Origin: a virus
IMG/VR virus record: IMGVR_UViG_3300032288_003086
Span: 1 to 64,000 of that record
Direction: 5' to 3' (one strand)
Length of the DNA: 64,000 nucleotides
Position 1 is the stretch's first letter. Each line of letters opens with the position of its first letter. The notes under the pieces were generated by a model. That model was not told where the DNA came from, searched no databases, and saw only the letters and a list, made by a program, of their open reading frames with translations. Positions 56,583 through 64,000 of this stretch are shown here, piece by piece. The position numbers and the translations under genes are program-made.

Positions 56583-59500
56583 ATGAGTTGTTTCGTACCA
56601 TATGATAGCCTTCAGAATACCTTGCTGGCCGCATACAGGAGTGATTTCAACAAGTTCAAAGAGTTATCCGCAGTGATTGGCTCTGTAATGGGCACTAGTC
56701 TTTCCCCAGAAGCCAAGATCCATGCTGTATGGTTCTATGCTGGCTTTGTGGATACTGCTGCCCAGAACATTCCTGAGTTGCAAACCCAACAGTGGAGTGA
56801 TGGTGCATATAGGAAGTTGCATAACTACCTCAAACCTTTCCTCAATGGAGAGCAGGCGTTTGATTATGATATGCTTCTTGGTAAGATCAATGAGTTACTT
56901 GCTCCAGTGACACCAGAAGTTACTCCAGCACCAGCAGCTCCTGTTGAAGTAATTGAATCCGATGACCGCAGTCTGTCAGAAAGAATCAATGATGCCATAG
57001 CTGAAACATCACAGATTACAGAATCTGATCTTTCCAGTCATGTCAATGACATCATTAAGATGATTACTGACAATGCTGTGGAGCTTAATGAAGTTGTCCT
57101 GGATCCTCAGACAACAGCTGTGGGCAACATGCTTAAGTACCTCAAAGAAGTATTGTCAAAAAGAGAGGACTCATCCACCAAGGTATCAGTCTTGGAGAAT
57201 GTGAACTATGCTATTGACAACATGCTTCAATCCGCCACCCAAGGTTCAAAGTATTTTGACTTGGCCGCGGTAGAAGGCATAAGCATGCACAATGGTTATC
57301 CAATTAAGATAGTCACTAAACCCAATGGTGAAAATATACAAGTAGTGTATTCACCTGAAAAGGGAATTGATGTATACTGGTCTCCAGGAACACAAGAGCA
57401 TCTTGAACCTTATATTCAAGATAAAAGTGATCATGCTACTAAAGTGTTTCCACAAAAAGATAACTTATATGTAACCAATCCTAACACTGGTGCATTACGC
57501 ATACAACCTGATCAATTGTTTACAGGGGTATCCATACCTTATGAGAATGACAAGATACAAGGTGAAAGAGCTGAGGCAATTTCCCAAAATGCTCCAATAG
57601 GTGCACCATTCCAATCTTCAGTGACAGTTCGTGCCCATACCAATACTGTGGAGTTAAATGCATCACGCGTTGAAAGACTGGCTCAGGAATATCCTGATGT
57701 CAATAGGACTCTTGAGACAATGGAAAGACCTAATCAGCGTGAGATGCTTAGGAATGGCAATGGTCCCATCATAACATTATACAGGCCTGTATCAGGATTC
57801 ACCATAAGGATCAATGATCAGCTGGGTAATAATGGATTTGATCTGGATACTCTGGCTAATCTTGCAATAGTATATCCTGACAATAGTGTAGTTCCTTTTG
57901 ATATAAACAACACTGAGCATGTCAATATCCTCAGGGCCAATGTTGAAACCAAGACTGGACCTGAGACATATGGCTCCATGACTGACAATCAGTTTGAGCA
58001 GTTGAAAGAGTCTTTGATTCGATACAAAGCATTTGAAAAAGAAGTGATGGAGCGTATGGAGCAAGAGAATAGCTCTGATGTGGACATCAAGGATATATTC
58101 AATAGGTATTATAACCTAAGTAATAACATCCAGACTTCTGAACTTATCTCAGATGCCAAGCCTAAGACTAGCTTACGTGAGTTCATTGAAGAGAATGATG
58201 GCTCATTGCCTGTAATGCTGCAAAGCACAGATCAGGAAAATGCACAACCTTACTCAGGTAGGATATACATTGTTCTTCGTAAGCAGAAAGGTGTGTGGAC
58301 AATTGAGAGCACTCTTCCCAAGAATACTGTTATTGTAGGCAGGGATGGCACCAAGTACAGGAGTATTGAGAACTATCTGAAATCAGAAGGGGTCGATTAT
58401 ACCCAGGAGATCACATCCAACTTTGGTAATAACCAGGCTGTATATCTCTCCTTTCAGTATGTAGGGAATAGATTGAATCCAAGGATCATTCCTTTGATGT
58501 ATGACAAGCGCGTGCGCAACAGCAAGGATGCTGTGGACTTTGCAAGTAGTCTTGTATACAGCTTTATGCAGGCTAGCATAAAAGAAGGTAACACTGCCAC
58601 TGCTGACCTTAACAATATATTGTGGGGATTTGATGTGATGGATGATACCAGAGCTCAGTTCACAGTATTGAAAGAAGTGGGTGGCAAGAAGACCTATGGT
58701 ATCAGGTTCTTTGGTCTGCCAGAGCTTCAGAACAATGACCCTGAGAGAGCTGAGATGCTTGATAAGAAAGGCAAGAACTATGATATCGAGTTCAGTTCTG
58801 ATATGATGAACTCCTTGTTCACAGCGTTGGACCAGATGATTAAGGAAGCTGGGGTGAAGATTCCAGAAAACGCATCTGTGAAACAACTTAACATGAGTGC
58901 CATGGAAGCCATGAATATCCTTGGCTCGGAACATGCGCTTGTGAAAAAGATAAGTGATCTTGTACAGGATCTTTCTGCTGATATAAAAAGGAAGTATGCC
59001 CAGACCATGACCAAGCATGACAGTGATGTCCATGATGGTGATCTGGCCATGCCCATATTCACTTCCAAGTTCAAGGACTTTTCCATGTTTGATGGCAACA
59101 TCATGAAGGTAAAGCGTAGAACAGAGAAGACTGATATCCTGGATGCCTATGACAGGTTGGAGACCAATGACCAAAAGAAGCTGACTGTTACTGCAAATGA
59201 GTCATCAACCAGGGTTTTATCAAGTATTCCTAACAGACTGCTTGAAGAACCTATGAAGGAGGCTCCATACAGTGCACCCATACAAGTACCAAAGCCAGCT
59301 CGTAAAGTGCTGGTGGATCCTACTTCTGTAGAGAATCCTTTGAACCAGCCTGTCAATCTTAATGAGATTGATGAGCAGAATAATGAAAATCCTTTCTCCC
59401 TTGTAGAAGATATTGAATCCTTCTTGACACTCTCAAATGAAGATTTCTCTTCTGAGATACAAGCCATGAAGGATCTCATGCCTGATGCTTTCACTTTTGT

Positions 59501-62500
59501 AAGCACAGGTCTCAATGGTATGAATGTGGATGGTCATGTGCTTGGTTACATGCAGGATATGTTCATCTATCTCAATGAGACTCTGCGTGCAAAAGGTGTA
59601 GCATATCACGAAGGATTCCATGGTATATTCCGCAAAGTGCTTTCCAAGTCACAACAGGACTTCTATCTTAACAAGGTAGAAGAAGCCCTTGGTGGATATA
59701 AGACAGATGACAAGGGTAAGTACATCAGTGTACGGGGCAAGAAGATATATGCCAATGACTTTCGTCAGCGCCGTAAGTATGGTCACCTCAATGATGACCA
59801 GATACGATTCCTCATATATGAAGAATACCTTGCTGATTCCTTTGCTGACTTCATGGGAACCAACAAGGTTCCAAGGACATGGATGCAAAAGCTGTTTGCA
59901 TATCTCAAGAAGCTGCTCAACCTGTTCAAGAAAGGTGGCAGGATTGACAATCTGTTCTATGACATCAGCCTGGGTAAGTTCAGGAATGCTCCGATCATAG
60001 ACAACCAAGGTCCTAATATGGAGAAGGTGTATAGCCTTGACTTCAGGGGTATACCTATGGCATATGTTGAAACCACTGGTAAAGTGATCACCAACAACCA
60101 GATCATAGGTTCTGAAATATCCTTGGAGGTGAAGGACTTCATACTTCAAGGTATGGCTGCATTGTCTATCAAGAATCCTGACATGTCTGCTTCTCAGTTG
60201 TTTGACTTGGCCAGGATGGAGGTGCTTAAGATGAAGGACATCAATACCTTGATATCCCAGTCTCCAGAACAAGAAGCTGAGATCTTGGCTAAGTATGGCG
60301 AGGAGTTTGCCACTGCAAGATGGCTTTTAGGAGCCATGCTAGAGGGTGAGACCTTTACATATAGAAACTTGACCAATGCACAGGAGTATGATAATCAAGC
60401 TACTACAAGTAAAAAGCAGAATGATATTGTCATAGCCAACCTTAAAAGATTGAAGTCTACAGTTATAGAGGAGTACAATAAGCTTGAAGATCTTGAAGAT
60501 GTAGCGGATGATGAGAATTTTGAAGAAGACTTCAACAAGCAAGATGAAGAGGTTGAAATCAAGGATTCATTCTATGAGGGCGCAGGCTTTGTTGGTATAA
60601 AACCCAATGAGGGCAATGCTGCTTTCCGCAGGATGATTCGTTTGATTACTTATGAAGAGATAGATCCTGTCCTTGGCATCAAGGTGCGCAGGATGGTAAA
60701 CTCTGCTTTGATATTCAGTACCATTACCAAGATTGCCTCAACAGAGTCAAAGGGTAATGCCATTCAAGCCATAAGTGATAAGATACAAGAGCTGGACTCC
60801 CAGATCAAATACTTCAGGGAGAATGTACAAAGCAAACTGCCAAACCCTAATGTCATTCCAATAAGTTATGACAAGGCCATCAAGCTCAGGGACAGTCTCA
60901 AGGCGGTATATGATACCATAGATAACATCGTAGGTCTCAATGAAGACTTCGAGGCAACTCGAAACGAGCATGTACTTAAGCAGTTCTCCACTGTATTCTC
61001 AAAAACCAACATCAAGCTTATCCAAGCCGAGGTTACTACTGAGATAGAGTTCGACCAGAACAAAAAGCCAGTACCTGTTCCTACACCTGAGTCTGCTGTG
61101 TCAGATATTGTCACGCTTTATGATATCAATAAGATAAGGAGTTCGCTGCGTGATTCCATATTGTCAATAGACATGACTAAGGATCAGGCAAAACCTCACT
61201 TGCAGAAGTTGCGTGAGCTGGCCAAGCTGCTTAATATAACCAAGCAGTCTGCCATTGACAACATGCTGGATACTTTCTTCACAGATAGTGGTGTGATCAA
61301 TGACCATGCTTTCAGGAACTTCATTGATGATGTATATATCACACTGTCAGCTTTCAATTTAGACATACCTTACTCGCTTCTGTATAATGCAATAGGTCAT
61401 ACGGTCTATATGGCCATGGGTAAGAACCTGGCCATGTTTCCCCAGAACAGTGACTTCAGAAGGTCATTGAGTTTAAATAAGGATTTCTTTCAAGATTTCT
61501 CCAAGGTAAAACATGACTTCTGGTATCACAATCTTGTCAATGCGATCGAAGCTTCCGTGGAAGCATCCAATGAGTCCAAGATGCGCATGAACAATGAGGC
61601 ATTGACTACAGCATTGAAGAGGTTCACTACTCCGTATGTGGCTGCCTATGGTGAGTATATTATAAAGCATGACCCTACAATTGCTGGATCAAGCACTAAG
61701 AATGCCAATGGTGACACCATATACAAGTATGTGGATCCTAACAAGGAGATGATCATTCTTCAAAAGCTCAAATCTTTTGATAATATTGAAGAAGGTCTTG
61801 CTGCAGTTCTTAATGATGGATTCGAGCATTTCTATGAGAACAATCCTATGTTGGACACCAATGATCCAGAAGTGCGCGCGTTCCTTCAGAACATGCGCAT
61901 GGAAGTCTTTGCTGGATTCCAACAAAGATTCAACATGCCAGATGGGGGTGTCAAGATGGGTGACCCTAGGACATTCAAAGATATTGATGATGCTGCCTTT
62001 TTGATGTCCATGCTCTCACTGTTTGTCAGTCAGGAAAGGATATATGTACCTGAGACCAAGAGTTACATCACATCATTCAAAAGGATTCTTACAGTATATG
62101 AAGCCACTGGTACCAGTATGGTCACCAATGGTGTACTTAGAAGATATTTTGACAATGCATCTGGCAATGTACTTTCAGAAAATGGTCGTCCTAAATACCT
62201 ATGGGATCTTGTCAATGTCCTCAAGCAGGAGTATGAATTGATTCGTACTAACTACGAGCAGGAAAGAACCAATGATGCAAACACCAAGAAGTACCTCAAC
62301 TACAACATCAACTCTGCCATAGACGAGAAGACAGGGTTCCCCAAAGACAGGGGTTTCAGGTTCAATGTGCTTGCTGACTTTGCAGATGCCAATCCTGATC
62401 TTGCCAAAGAGTTGATCATGGCTGCCAAGGAGGGATTGTCATTTGATGCCATCATGGCTTCCAAGTCTGAGAAAGTCCTGGTGGATGACATGCTCAATAA

Positions 62501-64000
62501 CCTGCACAAATATGCCCAGAATCAGTATGTGACATTCAGGGATAAGTTTCAAAGCCTGGGATTGGATGAGACACATATTCCATTGTATGTGACAGATGTA
62601 TTTGATGAAGAGGCTCAGGTATTCCAGAATGCAAATCCAACCACTGTTCTCAGGGAGTTCTTCTTCAATAACTGGATAAACTCTCTTTCATTGAACCAGA
62701 TCTTTGATGGTCCAGTAGCGGTGGGTGTAAAGAACTTTGCCAACTTCTTCAAACGCCAGAAGGCTGGTGCTGCTGCTGGTCCTAGCTTATTCAATCCCCA
62801 TGTGAACAAATATGGTGTGAGTAAGACATACAGGGCTGCTGTGATAAAAGAGATTGTCATGTATCTAGATGACTCTGATCTTACCAAGCCTGCGAGCTTC
62901 ACTCCTTACTATGAGAAGGGTGACAAGCGCAATGTAGAAGTGAAGATGATTGATGGTCAGTCCTACAATACCATTGCTAGGATGGTCAATGTGGCTGACA
63001 GCAGGGGAAGGCTTGACAATGAATCTTACAGAATGCTTAAGCGCATGATGTATGAAACAGAAGACACTTCCCAGTATGCTAAGAATGTACGCAAACTCAA
63101 CAAGAGAGGTATTGTCTTCAACAGCTTGAAGACTGTGACTGCAGGTCGTATTGAATACGTCAAACAGTCAGAGCATACTATTATGAGAAAAGATGTCAGT
63201 ACTCTCAAAGAGGGTGTTGACTATAATACTGCCATGCAAGAGCTGGATGTACTCTATGATCGCATCATGGATTATAGTTATATGCTGCAGGCTGGCAGGG
63301 ATGAGATGGTGTTTGATCCTTCAAACAACAGGGAAAGGCTTGTATCTGAATTATACAAAGAAGCTGTGACCCAGGCTCATTCTTATTTCGAGCCCATACC
63401 TCAACATGCATTCATGCATCACATGCTCAATTCCATGGAACTCCATAGGATTGACCAGATGTTTGATCCTAATGCAAGTAAGAAGATGACCATCAATCCT
63501 GTGGAGGTTGACTTACAACCTTCTACTACAGGAATGACTTATTACAACCTTGATCAGGCAGTAATGGATCTACCTAATGAATTCACATTCATCCAGGTCT
63601 CTACTGAAAAGGATGCCAACATGGTTACCCAAGGTATCCAACAGAAGCTGTTGCTTGCTGCACAGATTGCCGCGGAGAATCCTGAGTATGCCTCTATCAA
63701 GGATGACATAAACACATACAACACAGGTCTTGCCCAGATGGTGAAGACCCAGTTGAAAGTGCTTCAAAGGATGTTCAACACCAAAGACACAGAGGTGATA
63801 GGTAAGATCTATCAGGTCATCTCTGCAGGTCTTAAGCAGCAAGGTGCGGACAGTACCATACTCCAGTACTTTGAACTGAATCCAAATGGTAGTCCCAAGT
63901 ACAATCCAAATTTGATGGTTGTGCAGTCCACCATTGCCAACTACTTCTTTTCAATATTCAACAATAACCTGTTTGATAAAAAGATAGCAGGTAGGAAGTA
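56583..64000 (+). CDS. Giant virion RNA polymerase with zincin-like metallopeptidase domain, 3'-truncated (>2470 aa; not in ORF track)
   Basis: ATG 56583 (MSCFVPYDSL...). In frame wherever I checked; absence from the track is consistent with no stop before the window end. HEGFH at 59607-59621 and EEYLAD at 59820-59837. 'FKRQKAG', 'DGQSY' (62952-62966) and 'SLKTV...YVKQS' resemble crAss-like two-barrel RNAP motifs. Catalytic DxDxD not seen, presumed downstream. Confidence 0.75.
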   Translation, partial: MSCFVPYDSLQNTLLAAYRSDFNKFKELSAVIGSVMGTSLSPEAKIHAVWFYAGFVDTAAQNIPELQTQQWSDGAYRKLHNYLKPFLNGEQAFDYDMLLGKINELLAPVTPEVTPAPAAPVEVIESDDRSLSERINDAIAETSQITESDLSSHVNDIIKMITDNAVELNEVVLDPQTTAVGNMLKYLKEVLSKREDSSTKVSVLENVNYAIDNMLQSATQGSKYFDLAAVEGISMHNGYPIKIVTKPNGENIQVVYSPEKGIDVYWSPGTQEHLEPYIQDKSDHATKVFPQKDNLYVTNPNTGALRIQPDQLFTGVSIPYENDKIQGERAEAISQNAPIGAPFQSSVTVRAHTNTVELNASRVERLAQEYPDVNRTLETMERPNQREMLRNGNGPIITLYRPVSGFTIRINDQLGNNGFDLDTLANLAIVYPDNSVVPFDINNTEHVNILRANVETKTGPETYGSMTDNQFEQLKESLIRYKAFEKEVMERMEQENSSDVDIKDIFNRYYNLSNNIQTSELISDAKPKTSLREFIEENDGSLPVMLQSTDQENAQPYSGRIYIVLRKQKGVWTIESTLPKNTVIVGRDGTKYRSIENYLKSEGVDYTQEITSNFGNNQAVYLSFQYVGNRLNPRIIPLMYDKRVRNSKDAVDFASSLVYSFMQASIKEGNTATADLNNILWGFDVMDDTRAQFTVLKEVGGKKTYGIRFFGLPELQNNDPERAEMLDKKGKNYDIEFSSDMMNSLFTALDQMIKEAGVKIPENASVKQLNMSAMEAMNILGSEHALVKKISDLVQDLSADIKRKYAQTMTKHDSDVHDGDLAMPIFTSKFKDFSMFDGNIMKVKRRTEKTDILDAYDRLETNDQKKLTVTANESSTRVLSSIPNRLLEEPMKEAPYSAPIQVPKPARKVLVDPTSVENPLNQPVNLNEIDEQNNENPFSLVEDIESFLTLSNEDFSSEIQAMKDLMPDAFTFVSTGLNGMNVDGHVLGYMQDMFIYLNETLRAKGVAYHEGFHGIFRKVLSKSQQDFYLNKVEEALGGYKTDDKGKYISVRGKKIYANDFRQRRKYGHLNDDQIRFLIYEEYLADSFADFMGTNKVPRTWMQKLFAYLKKLLNLFKKGGRIDNLFYDISLGKFRNAPIIDNQGPNMEKVYSLDFRGIPMAYVETTGKVITNNQIIGSEISLEVKDFILQGMAALSIKNPDMSASQLFDLARMEVLKMKDINTLISQSPEQEAEILAKYGEEFATARWLLGAMLEGETFTYRNLTNAQEYDNQATTSKKQNDIVIANLKRLKSTVIEEYNKLEDLEDVADDENFEEDFNKQDEEVEIKDSFYEGAGFVGIKPNEGNAAFRRMIRLITYEEIDPVLGIKVRRMVNSALIFSTITKIASTESKGNAIQAISDKIQELDSQIKYFRENVQSKLPNPNVIPISYDKAIKLRDSLKAVYDTIDNIVGLNEDFEATRNEHVLKQFSTVFSKTNIKLIQAEVTTEIEFDQNKKPVPVPTPESAVSDIVTLYDINKIRSSLRDSILSIDMTKDQAKPHLQKLRELAKLLNITKQSAIDNMLDTFFTDSGVINDHAFRNFIDDVYITLSAFNLDIPYSLLYNAIGHTVYMAMGKNLAMFPQNSDFRRSLSLNKDFFQDFSKVKHDFWYHNLVNAIEASVEASNESKMRMNNEALTTALKRFTTPYVAAYGEYIIKHDPTIAGSSTKNANGDTIYKYVDPNKEMIILQKLKSFDNIEEGLAAVLNDGFEHFYENNPMLDTNDPEVRAFLQNMRMEVFAGFQQRFNMPDGGVKMGDPRTFKDIDDAAFLMSMLSLFVSQERIYVPETKSYITSFKRILTVYEATGTSMVTNGVLRRYFDNASGNVLSENGRPKYLWDLVNVLKQEYELIRTNYEQERTNDANTKKYLNYNINSAIDEKTGFPKDRGFRFNVLADFADANPDLAKELIMAAKEGLSFDAIMASKSEKVLVDDMLNNLHKYAQNQYVTFRDKFQSLGLDETHIPLYVTDVFDEEAQVFQNANPTTVLREFFFNNWINSLSLNQIFDGPVAVGVKNFANFFKRQKAGAAAGPSLFNPHVNKYGVSKTYRAAVIKEIVMYLDDSDLTKPASFTPYYEKGDKRNVEVKMIDGQSYNTIARMVNVADSRGRLDNESYRMLKRMMYETEDTSQYAKNVRKLNKRGIVFNSLKTVTAGRIEYVKQSEHTIMRKDVSTLKEGVDYNTAMQELDVLYDRIMDYSYMLQAGRDEMVFDPSNNRERLVSELYKEAVTQAHSYFEPIPQHAFMHHMLNSMELHRIDQMFDPNASKKMTINPVEVDLQPSTTGMTYYNLDQAVMDLPNEFTFIQVSTEKDANMVTQGIQQKLLLAAQIAAENPEYASIKDDINTYNTGLAQMVKTQLKVLQRMFNTKDTEVIGKIYQVISAGLKQQGADSTILQYFELNPNGSPKYNPNLMVVQSTIANYFFSIFNNNLFDKKIAGRK

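Noticed and set aside
200-63842. Numerous minus-strand and alternate-frame ORFs in the track (e.g. 3272..3823, 24790..25368, 52250..52825, 58383..59174, 59649..60272)
   Set aside because: Nested in or largely overlapping long + strand genes, with no recognisable motifs. These are codon-bias shadows.
56577-64000. Apparent gene-poor region or pseudogene at the window end
   Set aside because: Artefact of the ORF caller needing a stop codon. Frame 3 reads as protein from 56583 onward.
1-64000. Introns, inteins, integrase or transposase
   Set aside because: No split genes, intein terminal motifs, homing-endonuclease or recombinase signatures recognised by eye. A profile search was not possible.

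Overview
This window is the virion-morphogenesis and ejectosome region of a large crAss-like phage (Crassvirales-type podovirus, probable Bacteroidota host). All credible genes are on the + strand, use the standard genetic code, are tightly packed with ATGA/TAATG coupling and show no obvious Shine-Dalgarno sites. Order: portal (5'-truncated), putative scaffold, major capsid protein, head-fibre genes (one collagen-like), conserved crAss-like structural genes, ferritin, auxiliary capsid protein, about 19 kb of Cys-rich, FN3 and repeat fibre genes interrupted by a secreted-protein/lipoprotein/membrane-protein cassette, IHF-like protein, GH24 lysozyme, ring proteins, muzzle, ejected cargo proteins, and a giant zincin-fused virion RNA polymerase running off the 3' end (missing from the ORF track). 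The most striking unexplained signal is in three consecutive cargo genes (39.2-48.9 kb). They are strings of unrelated modules (toxin-like, peptidase-like, transglycosylase-like, hydrophobic) separated by a recurrent 'xxGG...LPKAQ' linker, which suggests a modular injected-effector polyprotein system. Family assignments rest on motif recognition and synteny; no searches were run.
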